Source of the DNA: Betaproteobacteria bacterium
GTDB lineage: Bacteria; Bacillota; SHA-98; UBA4971
Direction of reading: 5' to 3'
DNA length: 64,000 nt
Assembly: GCA_050260395.1 (NCBI GenBank)
Contig: JBLNCC010000083.1
Location: forward strand, 17,592 to 81,591
Shown here one piece after another: positions 26,521-35,228 of this stretch (positions within the stretch are counted from its first letter, which is position 1; each line of letters begins with the position of its first letter). A model generated the notes under the pieces. That model was not told where the DNA came from, searched no databases, and saw only the letters and a program-made list of their open reading frames with translations. The position numbers and the translations under genes were made by a program.

Positions 26521-27588
26521 TTATCTACCTTCCTTCCTCGCCTTGATCTTCTCTCTTATCAGCGCGGCCCGCCGCACGTCTCTCTCGTGGGGCCCGAGCT
26601 CCTTCCCCATTATCCTCTGGAGGTATGCAGGCTGCGTGATGACCATGAGCTCGTTCAAGGTCTTCGCGTCGACGCCGGGAAGCAGCCCGGCCTCGACGCC
26701 GAGCCTCACGTCCGACAAAAGCCCCAGCGCCTCCTGGGACGTTATGAGCCGCGCGTGGGACAGGAGTCCGTAAGCCCGGTTCACCTTGTCCTCAAGCTGG
26801 TCTCTCCTCTCACGCACCAGTTTCTCTCGGACGCTCCGCTCCTGGCCGATGATCTGTTTGGTTATGCCCACGAGGTTGTCCACGAGCTCGTCCTCGGACC
26901 GGCCAAGGGTCACCTGGTTCGAAAGCTGGAACACATTACCCGTGGCTTCGGACCCCTCCCCGTACAGCCCCCTGACCGCGATGCCCACGTTGGAAACGGC
27001 GGCCAACACACGACCGACTTGGCCTGTGGCGGCAAGTGCAGGCAGGTGCACCATGACCGATGCGCGCAGCCCCGTGCCCACATTGGTGGGGCACGCCGTG
27101 ATGTAACCCAGCTTCTCGTCGAACGCGTAGTCCACCTTGATCTCGAACAAGTCGTCCACCCGGCTTGCAAGCTTAAGAGCCTCCTCGAGCTGCAACCCCG
27201 GCAGAAGGGCCTGGATGCGAAGGTGGTCTTCCTCGTTCACCATCACGCTCACGGTCTCGTCGGGACGAATCGCCACGAGCCGGTGTCTCGCGCCCTGCGC
27301 ATGCTGCGGGCTGATGAGATGCTTCTCGACGAGGATCTGTCGGTCAAGCGCGGGCGTCTCCGCCAGGCGGATCACAACGAGGTCTGAGAGCTCCTTCGTG
27401 GTCCTAATCGCCCGCTGAACCTGGTCCGCGACCTTCGCGAGGTCCGCTTCGGACGCCCGGTGTGGAAAGGGAATGCCGGCGAGGTTCCGGGCGAGCCTCA
27501 CTCGGGAGCTCAAGACCACGTCGGCGGACGGCGCGTCGGCCTGCATCCAAGCGCTGGTCGTCTTGTCTATTATGTCCCCAAGAGACAC
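26521..27588 (-). CDS. mcsB: Protein arginine kinase McsB
   Basis: Phosphagen-kinase-like core: [39 protein letters not shown] 27588 has GAGGAGGG 7 nt upstream. Confidence 0.93.
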   Translation of the reverse strand: MSLGDIIDKTTSAWMQADAPSADVVLSSRVRLARNLAGIPFPHRASEADLAKVADQVQRAIRTTKELSDLVVIRLAETPALDRQILVEKHLISPQHAQGARHRLVAIRPDETVSVMVNEEDHLRIQALLPGLQLEEALKLASRVDDLFEIKVDYAFDEKLGYITACPTNVGTGLRASVMVHLPALAATGQVGRVLAAVSNVGIAVRGLYGEGSEATGNVFQLSNQVTLGRSEDELVDNLVGITKQIIGQERSVREKLVRERRDQLEDKVNRAYGLLSHARLITSQEALGLLSDVRLGVEAGLLPGVDAKTLNELMVITQPAYLQRIMGKELGPHERDVRRAALIREKIKARKEGR

Positions 27589-27603
27589 GTCGGCACCCTC
27601 CTC

Positions 27604-28128
27604 TCACGACTCGCCCGCGAGATCCTTCTCAAGAGCGCGGATCCTGTCCCGGACTTTCGCGGCTTCCTCGTATTGCTCCTTCGCAACCAATCTGGCGAGC
27701 TCCGCGCGTAGCTCTTCGATCTCCCGCCTCTTGCCCGCCGTCGCGCCCGTCCTTCCCGGAACCTTCCCTGTATGGCGCACGCTGCCGTGGACGCGCCTGA
27801 GAAGCGGCTCTAGCCTCCCGCGGAATTCGTCGTAGCAATCGGGGCATCCCAGGAACCCGGTGTTCCGGAACTCGGAGAAGTCCAGGCCGCAGCTTCGGCA
27901 GCGGCTTGTGACGCCGCCTGGTATGGTGACCGGCCCCGTGAAGCCGGGGTCATATTGGAGCAGCCCCGCGAGAAGGCTCGGAAACGAGAACTTGGGCTCC
28001 GAGAAGAAGTCGAGCTCGCCCTTCTCACGCGCGCACTGCTCACAAAGGTGCGACTCCGTCTTCACACCGTTGATTATCTTGGTCAGATGAACGTTCGCAG
28101 GTCTCTTTCCACACTCGTCGCATACCAT
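27604..28128 (-). CDS. mcsA: McsA (UvrB/C-motif, zinc-finger activator of McsB)
   Basis: Cys pairs CDECGKRPA...CEQC and CRSCG...CPDCY. C-terminal UVR motif: YEEAAKVRDRIRALE. Confidence 0.9.
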   Translation of the reverse strand: MVCDECGKRPANVHLTKIINGVKTESHLCEQCAREKGELDFFSEPKFSFPSLLAGLLQYDPGFTGPVTIPGGVTSRCRSCGLDFSEFRNTGFLGCPDCYDEFRGRLEPLLRRVHGSVRHTGKVPGRTGATAGKRREIEELRAELARLVAKEQYEEAAKVRDRIRALEKDLAGES

Positions 28129-28197
28129 CGCTCACACCCCCACATTCCATATGATGCCTGGACCGGGACAAGCCGCGCTACGAGACCGCCTCGCGCG

Positions 28198-28368
28198 CCC
28201 CTCCCCGTCCCTCGCGCCGTTCCGATAGGACGCCCGCGGCCCTAAGTGAGGGTACGTTAGTCCCTACCCCATTTCCAGTAGGTGCCGGGTTGCCGGTGTT
28301 GCATTCGGGGACGGCGCCCCAAGCGGGGCGCGCTTCGCCAAAATCCGGCCCGTCGGGCAAGTGGACTG
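28198..28368. repeat. Copy 1 of a conserved intergenic element (core GTGCCGGGTTGCCGGTGTTGCATTCGGGGACGGCGCCCCAAGCGGGGCG)
   Basis: The 28282-28330 core matches 53760-53808 at 44 of 49 positions in the same orientation. Flanking blocks (TAAGTGAGGGTACGTTAGTCC, AATCCGG.CCGT..GGC.AGTG) are also shared. Confidence 0.8.
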
Positions 28369-28374
28369 GTTTTG

Positions 28375-28836
28375 TTACTCGCGCAGCAACGACATCACCA
28401 TGGCCCTCAGAAGGCTCGCCCGCACCATTCCGCGGTAGCTCGGGTGGAGCCTCTCCGTCTCACGCTCGAGGACGGCCTTCACAAACGCGCGGTCGCCCTC
28501 ATCGAGCAGCCCCTCGTCCTCAAGCCGCAGCAGCAGCGCGTCGGCCCGCCTTTCAGTGATCTCGTCCCCGATCTCTGCTTCGATGAGCGACGCCAGGTCC
28601 TGGCTCGGCCGAAACGACAGCCGGACTATGCGGATGTAGCCGCCACCCCCTCTGCGGGTCTCCACGACATAGCCCCTGTCGGGGGTAAACCTCGTAGTCA
28701 GCACGTAATTGATCTGTGAAGGCACGCACCTGAACATCTCGGCAAGCTCGCGCCTTTGCAACTCTATCATGCCCTGCTCGGCGTTTTCGAGAAGCCGCTT
28801 CAGGTAACTCTCGATGTAATCTGCGAGGTTGCCCAC
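28375..28836 (-). CDS. ctsR: Class III stress-gene repressor CtsR
   Basis: ORF 28375..29289 trimmed to GTG 28836 (GGAAGGGA 5 nt upstream), giving 153 aa. LADYIESYLKRLL...RRELAEMFRCVPSQINYVLTTRFT...GYVVETRRGGGGYIRI is the CtsR wHTH plus glycine loop. Confidence 0.9.
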   Translation of the reverse strand: MGNLADYIESYLKRLLENAEQGMIELQRRELAEMFRCVPSQINYVLTTRFTPDRGYVVETRRGGGGYIRIVRLSFRPSQDLASLIEAEIGDEITERRADALLLRLEDEGLLDEGDRAFVKAVLERETERLHPSYRGMVRASLLRAMVMSLLRE

Positions 28837-28900
28837 GGATTTCCCTTCCCGATGTCCCGCGATGTCGCCGGATCTACGATTTGGTATTGCCAGGAACCAC

Positions 28901-28933
28901 TTTGACCTTTCCTGACCTTTCGACCATATTATA
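28901..28933 (-). promoter_or_regulatory. ctsR promoter -10 (TGcTATAAT) overlapped by a CtsR operator
   Basis: Minus strand reads TGCTATAATAT-GGTCGAA-A-GGTCAGG-AAA-GGTCAAA. This gives three GGTC heptads, the last two spaced like the GGTCAAA-NAN-GGTCAAA consensus. It lies ~65 nt upstream of the ctsR start. Confidence 0.75.
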
Positions 28934-29174
28934 GCACCAAGCCTCCCTGAAGATGCACCCTGGAATAACCGTCGCCACGGGCCACATGCGGCTGCGATCG
29001 CCGGACTGGCGGGAAGAGGTTGCTCTTTCACTATATATCGCGCCAGCGTTCGCTCGCGCGCGTCAGCGTGCGCGCAAGCAATATGGAGGCGCGGGTCGCC
29101 GCGAGGCAACCCGCGCCTTGCTCGACTCCGTTCGGACGGCAAGGGATCACGAAACGTTCTCCCGCCAAGACATA

Positions 29175-29726
29175 CTATGTAGGCCGCCCATGGAGCACCC
29201 GCCGCTCGTGAGCAAGGAGCCACTCCTTCAGGGCAAGGCCGCCGCCGAACCCCACGAGCGACCCGCCTTTCCCGACCACCCGGTGGCATGGGATGACTAT
29301 AGGAAGTGGGTTTGCGGCGAGAGCTCTCCCCACCGCTCTCGCCGCAAAGGGCTTACCTATGGCGGCGGCAACCTCACCATAAGATGCTGTCGCACCATAG
29401 GGAATCCGGCGGGTCTCTTCCAAGACCCGTCGGACGAATGCACTGACAGTAAGGTGAATCCGGCAATCGAAGGCGCTTCGAGTGCCCCTGAAGTATTCAT
29501 CGAGCTGCGCGTGGAACTCCGCGTTCTCACCTGAAGCACGGACCAGCACAGCTCGCGGGAACTTCACCGTCAGCCAAGCCAGGATTCTGTCCTCGCTCTC
29601 GCCGGGGAGGACCACCTTCACAAGGCCCTCGGCTGTCGAGGCAAGCCACAGCCTCCCTACAGGTGAGTCCAGCGTGGAATGGAAAACCCGGTCGACCCGC
29701 CCACAGCCCTGCGATGCGATAGCCAC
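29175..29726 (-). CDS. ogt: Methylated-DNA--protein-cysteine methyltransferase (Ogt/MGMT)
   Basis: Active site IVIPCHRVV present, with IPYGATASYGEVA upstream of it. GTG 29726 preferred (GGAGG 8 nt upstream). ATG 29780 is the longest alternative. Confidence 0.88.
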   Translation of the reverse strand: MAIASQGCGRVDRVFHSTLDSPVGRLWLASTAEGLVKVVLPGESEDRILAWLTVKFPRAVLVRASGENAEFHAQLDEYFRGTRSAFDCRIHLTVSAFVRRVLEETRRIPYGATASYGEVAAAIGKPFAARAVGRALAANPLPIVIPCHRVVGKGGSLVGFGGGLALKEWLLAHERRVLHGRPT

Positions 29727-30053
29727 AGTTAGAACCTCCACCAAAGCCCTGAGCGTGCGACTGCTCAGCCGCGCGCCCATGCTTCGACTCTCGTTCGTGC
29801 GTTCTCGCTCATCTATTATTCGACTCGAGGGCTTTTCTCCCTTCTACCGCCTGCGGGCTTGCGTGGGAGCAACAGGATCGCTGCCTTACTGCAGTATCAT
29901 CCCTGCAACAGCAACGCCCGGGCCCGCCGTGACCTGCAGCGGGACCCGGAGACGTAGCTGTAGCAATGCGTGATCTCGCCTCCGCTGGAGCGCTGAACGT
30001 CCCTCGCGCTCCTGACGAAGTGGGAGGCGTCGTTCGGCTCGCGTCCGGAAGCC

Positions 30054-30854
30054 TCACTCGCTTGCAAGGGCTTCTATAGCCTCGATCGCGGTCATGCCCG
30101 CCATAGCACAGGCCATGAGTTTCTCGCGAATCCACTCGCGGTCGCGCGTGCGCACGACCTCCGCAAGGGTCTCGCCCAGACGAGCCTGAGTGCTTTCGTC
30201 GAGCTCGTCGAAAACCGGTGCGCTGCTCGCATCGTGGTCGACCGGTCCGTCCGCTGCCTGAGCGAGGTCGGGAAAGTAACCCTGCTGCACAAGCTCGGCC
30301 ATGACGCGGAGCGTGGCCGCCAGCTTCTCCTTATCGACCCCTGCTCTCGTCGCCTGGTACGCCACGCGAGCAGCGAATCCCTCACTCAGTCCGAGCGACC
30401 GCGCGTACCCAGCCATATCCGGCCCGTCAGAAGAATCCTCATGATCGTTATTATTGTTATTGTCATTGTTGTTGTCATTGTTATTGATATCGGTAGTGTC
30501 ATTGTTAGAATCATCGTAGCCAGCGCCGCTGCCCGCGCCATCCCCAGAATCGTTCTGGCCGTCGTCATGCCCGTTCCCAGCGCCGTTGCCATCATCGTGA
30601 CCATCGTCATCATGGCCGCCGTCGTAATTGCCGTCCTGACCGCCGTTGCCCGCGCCGTCCCCGCCGCCCTGGTCGTCATCGTCGTCGCCAGGCCCGCCCG
30701 GGCCCGTGGAACCGCCGTCGGCCCTGAGCGCCGGGCTGCCCGTGCCCGGAGCCCCCACAGAGCCGCTCGCCCATGCAGGAAGCGCAAAGGCAAGCACGAG
30801 GACGAAGATCCCTACCATCACAGCCTTCCACCATTTCCAGACCTGCCGCTTCAT
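30054..30854 (-). CDS. Secreted hyper-acidic D/G/N-rich protein with helical C-terminal domain
   Basis: ORF trimmed to ATG 30854 (GAAGGGGGT 9 nt upstream). Signal peptide: MKRQVWKWWKAVMVGIFVLVLAFALPAWA. A ~120 aa Asp/Gly/Asn low-complexity tract includes NNNDNNNDNNNNND. I recognised no family. Confidence 0.65.
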   Translation of the reverse strand: MKRQVWKWWKAVMVGIFVLVLAFALPAWASGSVGAPGTGSPALRADGGSTGPGGPGDDDDDQGGGDGAGNGGQDGNYDGGHDDDGHDDGNGAGNGHDDGQNDSGDGAGSGAGYDDSNNDTTDINNNDNNNDNNNNNDHEDSSDGPDMAGYARSLGLSEGFAARVAYQATRAGVDKEKLAATLRVMAELVQQGYFPDLAQAADGPVDHDASSAPVFDELDESTQARLGETLAEVVRTRDREWIREKLMACAMAGMTAIEAIEALASE

Positions 30855-31070
30855 GGTGCATGTACCCCCTTCTGTTGTAGTCGCGCAGTCTGGCCTACAG
30901 AGTTCCGCGCGTCTTCTGCTCCCATTATCAGGCCAGGGCGAACACGCGCACGTTGCCGCGGTCACAGGGGGAGTGTGTTTTTCATCACGTTCTGAGAAGC
31001 AGTGACGACCCGCACAGAGCACGGGGCACGGAGAACGGAGCGGAAAACGCGGACGGCGGCTGAAGGCACA

Positions 31071-31766
31071 TCAGGTGACGAGGTCGCGCAGGGCATCCTC
31101 GTTCTGGATGACGAGGCGCCTGTCGTCCTCGGCCGCGACAAGCCGGCTGTCGTGAAGCTCAGCGAGCACCCTTGTGACCGTCTCTCTGGTCACGCCGGCG
31201 TAGTTTGCAAGCTCCTGGTGGGTCAGCCTGAGCTTGAGACGCACGCCCTGGGCCACCCTCTCCCCATGCGCGCGCGCAAGCTGTAGCAGGGCCTCGATGA
31301 TCCTGCCGCGCGCGTCGCGAAACGCGAGGCGCTCCAGATCCTCGTTGGTCCTGCGCAGGCGCTCCGCAAGGGCGAGCGCAATGTCGGCTGCAAGCCCAGG
31401 GGTGCTTTTCATGAGGGCGAGGAATGGATCGCGATCGATGATAAGCACCTCGCAGTCGGAAAGAGCCTGGGCGGCGGCAGACCTGGGCGCCCCATCGAAG
31501 ATGCTCATCTCGCCGAAAAAGTCCCCGGCCTCCAGGATGGCCAGAGTCTTCTCCCGCCCGTCCTCGGAGATCTTGTGGATCTTCACCGCACCTGCGGTGA
31601 TGATAAGGAGAGACCCGCCAGGATCACCCTCAAAGAATATTGGGCTGCCGCGTTCGTAGCAGCGCCTGCGGGCGATCCCCGAAAGCCTTGCAAGGCTGGC
31701 CTGGTCCAGGCGGCTGAAGAGAGGCACGGTCCCGAGAATCTCAATCGGCTCAAGGCGTTGCCACAA
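31071..31766 (-). CDS. Crp/Fnr-family cyclic-nucleotide-binding transcriptional regulator
   Basis: cNMP-binding domain: GDFFGEMSIFDGAPRSAAAQA. C-terminal HTH: THQELANYAGVTRETVTRVLAEL. TTG 31766 has GGAGGTG 7 nt upstream. Confidence 0.88.
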   Translation of the reverse strand: MWQRLEPIEILGTVPLFSRLDQASLARLSGIARRRCYERGSPIFFEGDPGGSLLIITAGAVKIHKISEDGREKTLAILEAGDFFGEMSIFDGAPRSAAAQALSDCEVLIIDRDPFLALMKSTPGLAADIALALAERLRRTNEDLERLAFRDARGRIIEALLQLARAHGERVAQGVRLKLRLTHQELANYAGVTRETVTRVLAELHDSRLVAAEDDRRLVIQNEDALRDLVT

Positions 31767-31781
31767 CTTACGCCACCTCCG

Positions 31782-32669
31782 TTACCTGCCGATCACAGCC
31801 GACCACGGACCTCTGCAGCAGTCGTCACCGTCGTTGTCACCGTCCGCGCCATCATCTTCGAGGTTGTAGCCGAGCTTAGCGTCGCCGGGCGGCCCTCCGA
31901 CAGGGCCGCCGTCGTGGTCGGGAGGGTTTCCGGCGCCCGAGTCCTGTTTACTGCCTTTCTCATCGTCGTCGCCACGGTCGTTCTCATCCCGGCCATCGTT
32001 ATCGCCGTTCGCAAACCGGCCTTGCTCCTCCGCCCATGCGCGCTTCTCGTCGTCGTCCATGGGCTCTGGTTTCGCGGGGGCGTGGCCTGGTTTCACACGT
32101 GTGGCATACCCTTGAGGCACGAGTACAGCCTTTCCGGCCCCGACGACCTTGACGACCCCTGATGCGACGGAAACAGTGGTTGCGAGGTCGTCGCTCACCC
32201 ACACGCTGAAGTGCGTCCCGCGCACACCCACTACCGCGCTGGGGGTCTCGACGGTAAAGCCCGCGGCACCTGGCGCAGCAGGTTTCACCTTTGCCCACAA
32301 CCTCCCGATGAACAGCCGTAAGTACAGCAGGGAGTCGAAACAGACCTCACACCCAGGTCCGAGCGTAATAGAGCCACCATCGGCAAGACCGAGGGCTGCC
32401 CAGGAATCGGGGTCGCACCTTATGCGGTCTCCACGGTATATGAGGGAGCCTACCCCGACTTCGATCCACTCTCCGGACCTTGCAGGAAGAAGCATGCATC
32501 TTCCCTCGGCTTTCACCACGGTAGCAACTGCCGCCGTGTCAACAGCCTGGGCACGGGCGCCACCCCACAGCCCGCGCCCCGGCCACACGCAAAGCGCCGC
32601 AAGCACGAGGAAAAGGAGAAACGCCCTCGTTCGTCGTCCTGCGTGCAAACCTCTGCCGGGTTGCGCCAT
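31782..32669 (-). CDS. FecR-domain protein with signal/anchor and acidic D/G-rich C-terminal tail
   Basis: N-terminal hydrophobic segment: AFLLFLVLAALCVW. FecR-type core: TVETPSAVVGVRGTHFSV. C-terminal tail: GDNDGRDENDRGDDDEKG...EDDGADGDNDGDD. Confidence 0.75.
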   Translation of the reverse strand: MAQPGRGLHAGRRTRAFLLFLVLAALCVWPGRGLWGGARAQAVDTAAVATVVKAEGRCMLLPARSGEWIEVGVGSLIYRGDRIRCDPDSWAALGLADGGSITLGPGCEVCFDSLLYLRLFIGRLWAKVKPAAPGAAGFTVETPSAVVGVRGTHFSVWVSDDLATTVSVASGVVKVVGAGKAVLVPQGYATRVKPGHAPAKPEPMDDDEKRAWAEEQGRFANGDNDGRDENDRGDDDEKGSKQDSGAGNPPDHDGGPVGGPPGDAKLGYNLEDDGADGDNDGDDCCRGPWSAVIGR

Positions 32670-32912
32670 GCTCTTTCATCACCTCTAAGTGAGAAATAAC
32701 AAGTCTTGCCGACTTGCCAGATCTTCTACGCTCGCGCGTAAGCACCTGCAACCCTGGGACGGTCGGCAGCCTGGAACCCCTACGGGCTCCTCATCATCAG
32801 GCACCCGCGGCCCGTGCATGAGCATCGGAGTGTGAGCATCGGGTGCGGATGGCGGATGGCGAACGGGCAAGGGATCCCCACTTCTACATTGATGCGGCCA
32901 GCACAGGCTTTC

Positions 32913-32928
32913 TGTGATCGCTATCACA
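32913..32928. promoter_or_regulatory. Perfect CRP/FNR-type palindrome TGTGA-N6-TCACA
   Basis: TGTGATCGCTATCACA sits in the 290 nt gap between the cyclase stop (32959) and the FecR-domain gene start (32669). Confidence 0.6.
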
Positions 32929-32958
32929 GATCCCGCTCCAAATCGCCCCCAGCGGCCA

Positions 32959-34827
32959 TCACAAGAGTTCGTAAACCTCCACACGCGCCGATCTGCCTCT
33001 TATCTCAACGGACCCGACCCGGCGCGCATCCACTGCGCCGCATATGGCCTGGTACGTTCGTCCACACACAAGGACCTGGCCCGGCTGTGCCATGCCTTCG
33101 AGCCTCGCAGCGAGGTTCGCGGCGTCGCCGACGGCGGTGTAATCCATCCGGGCAAGCGTCCCGATATTGCCCACCACAGCTTCGCCCGAGGCTACCCCCA
33201 CGCCCACGCTGAGCCTGACATCACTGCCAGGGGCCGCGTCGGCAGGCCCGGTCGCCTCGACCGTTCGTGAGAATGCTTTGCTGATGGCAATCGCAGCCCT
33301 TGCCGCCCGAAGGGCGTGGTCCTCCTGGGGAATCGGAGCCCCAAAGACAGCCATGACTCCGTCCCCGGTGAACTTATCGAGCATGCCGCCTTCGCTGAAA
33401 ATAGCTTCCACCATCTTGGAAAGATGGGTGTTGAGAACGTCCACCACACGCTCGGGAGCCTCGTTCTCTGCAAACGACGTAAAGCCACGGATGTCGGCGA
33501 ACATGACGGTTACATCGAGCCGCCTTCCCCCGAGGGCCACATTGCTGGGGTCCCTAAGGATTTCGTCCACCACTGCGGGCGACAGGTATCGGCCAAGCGT
33601 CGCCCTGATCCTCGTCCTCTCGGCTTCGGCGAGTGCGTACGCGACCACAAGGTGACGCCCCAGCACCAGGACGAGGATCGCCATGACAGGCATGGGGTCG
33701 AACCAGACGTTCTTTCTAGCGAACAAGAGGAAGCTAACCCAGGCGACGCAAATGGCGATGGCGAGCGCCACCCCGGCTGCGACTCGCGGCCGGAGTCTCT
33801 GGAAGGCCACCACAAGCACCAGCGAAAGCGCAACAAAAGGCACCCCCGCAAACGGCTTAAGAGGCTCGCGCACAACGAGGCCGTCAAGGAGCGCCTGCAC
33901 AGTATTAGCGTGTATTTCCACGCCCGGAATCGGGTTCCCTGCCGTCGCAAGGGGCGTGAAGTAGAAGTCGTGGAGGCCTTGCGCGGTTACGCCGACAAGA
34001 ACGATCTTTCCCTCGAACTCGCCAGGGGCGAACTCGCCACGAAGCACCTTACAATAAGAGAGCGTCTCGAACTTCGGGCCCCCGGGGGAGCCGGACGAGT
34101 ACCGGATGAGGACGCGGCCCGTTGCATCCATCGGCACCCTCAACGCGCCCAGCCGGAGCCCGCCCTCGTCCAGCGAAACACCTGTGGGTGGAAGCCCCAG
34201 GGCGATCCTGGCAACCTCAACGTCCAGCGAGTAGCGCGGCGTTCCCCCGTCGATCACGACGGGAACGTGGCGGCGCAGGACCCCGTCCACGTCTGGCACC
34301 GCGATCACGCTCCCGGTGACAGCCGCGCGCTCGAGCGCTGGATACGGCGGTTTCCGGGCACCGGCCACATAGAAGACGTGGGATCCGCGCGGAAGCACCT
34401 TGTTCTCCGCGTAAAAGGGGAAAACGACCAGACCCGAAGCTGCAGCGGCCCTCGCCAGGGCATCATCGGCCGCGGGATCGGCGGATGCATCAGGCATCAT
34501 TACGTCGAACTCTATGGCCTTTGCCTTCTCGCGGGTAAGAATCTCGACGAGCCTAGCGTGGTAGGACCTCGGCCACGGCCATGGCCCGAGCTGTGCAAGG
34601 GAGTCATCGTCGATGGCCACGATGACGATCCGCGGCGTCGGGCGCGGCCCGGCTGCCATCCTGTGGCATAGGTCATACGCGGCAAGTCCAGCGCGCTCGC
34701 CCGCGCCGGTGCTATCCAGGCAGATGACGGCTACGGCTATGATGATGCCAGCCGCTATCGCTTTGACCTCGCGAGGCCTGTCGCGGGGCTCGCTACGCGC
34801 CTCGCCGGCTGCAAACGTGCGTCTCAT
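32959..34827 (-). CDS. CHASE2-sensor class III adenylate/guanylate cyclase
   Basis: CHASE2 features: IVAIDDDSLAQLGPWPWPRSYHARL. Several TM segments follow. Cyclase domain: VTVMFADIRGFTSF...DKFTGDGVMAVFGAP...GDAANLAARLEG. Confidence 0.9.
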   Translation of the reverse strand: MRRTFAAGEARSEPRDRPREVKAIAAGIIIAVAVICLDSTGAGERAGLAAYDLCHRMAAGPRPTPRIVIVAIDDDSLAQLGPWPWPRSYHARLVEILTREKAKAIEFDVMMPDASADPAADDALARAAAASGLVVFPFYAENKVLPRGSHVFYVAGARKPPYPALERAAVTGSVIAVPDVDGVLRRHVPVVIDGGTPRYSLDVEVARIALGLPPTGVSLDEGGLRLGALRVPMDATGRVLIRYSSGSPGGPKFETLSYCKVLRGEFAPGEFEGKIVLVGVTAQGLHDFYFTPLATAGNPIPGVEIHANTVQALLDGLVVREPLKPFAGVPFVALSLVLVVAFQRLRPRVAAGVALAIAICVAWVSFLLFARKNVWFDPMPVMAILVLVLGRHLVVAYALAEAERTRIRATLGRYLSPAVVDEILRDPSNVALGGRRLDVTVMFADIRGFTSFAENEAPERVVDVLNTHLSKMVEAIFSEGGMLDKFTGDGVMAVFGAPIPQEDHALRAARAAIAISKAFSRTVEATGPADAAPGSDVRLSVGVGVASGEAVVGNIGTLARMDYTAVGDAANLAARLEGMAQPGQVLVCGRTYQAICGAVDARRVGSVEIRGRSARVEVYELL

Positions 34828-34896
34828 GGGTTTATTCTTCTACAACGCTCTGCCGTGCTCCTCCCTGGCCAGCTCTTTCGCCCGGCCACCGCCATC

Positions 34897-35223
34897 TCAG
34901 ACGCGAATGAAGCTTTCCACGGCGGCGACAAACACTATGGCGCCCCCCGCCTGCACCTCCACCGGAAGCCCACCGAACGGCATTTGACCCGTCCCAGGCG
35001 TGAATTGAGGGGCAGCCTCGATTCGCCTCGGGCAGCATTTCGCGATGACGTTGATAACCTCCTGGACCCTGTGGTCTTCCACTCCTATCAGGAACGTGGT
35101 GTTGCCTTCGCGCAGGAATCCCCCTGTCGACGCCAGCCGAGTCGCGCCTATGTGCCTTTCCGCAAAGGCGTCAAGCAGAGCTGAGGCATCGCTGTCCTTC
35201 ACGATGGCGAATACCAGCTTCAT
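34897..35223 (-). CDS. darA: Cyclic-di-AMP receptor DarA/PstA (PII-like, DUF970)
   Basis: ORF trimmed to ATG 35223 (GGAGGG 9 nt upstream). MKLVFAIVKDSDASALLDAF...ASTGGFLREGNTTFLIGVED is collinear with B. subtilis YaaQ/DarA. 108 aa. Confidence 0.85.
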   Translation of the reverse strand: MKLVFAIVKDSDASALLDAFAERHIGATRLASTGGFLREGNTTFLIGVEDHRVQEVINVIAKCCPRRIEAAPQFTPGTGQMPFGGLPVEVQAGGAIVFVAAVESFIRV

Positions 35224-35228
35224 CCCCC

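Noticed and set aside
28290-28559. A conserved small peptide encoded by the repeat (MPVLHSGTAPQAG... against MPVLHSGTALQAGHRR). Three of the five core substitutions are synonymous in this frame.
   Set aside because: The frames end differently (16 aa against 89 aa running antisense through ctsR). Both would start at TTG without an RBS. Three of five synonymous changes is not significant once all six frames are considered.
28837-29289. N-terminal 150-codon extension of the ctsR ORF (the track gives 304 aa).
   Set aside because: The extension is low-complexity Arg/Ala/Pro. It runs through the ctsR promoter and CtsR operator and overlaps the ogt 3' end. GTG 28836 with a good RBS gives a 153-aa protein collinear with known CtsR.
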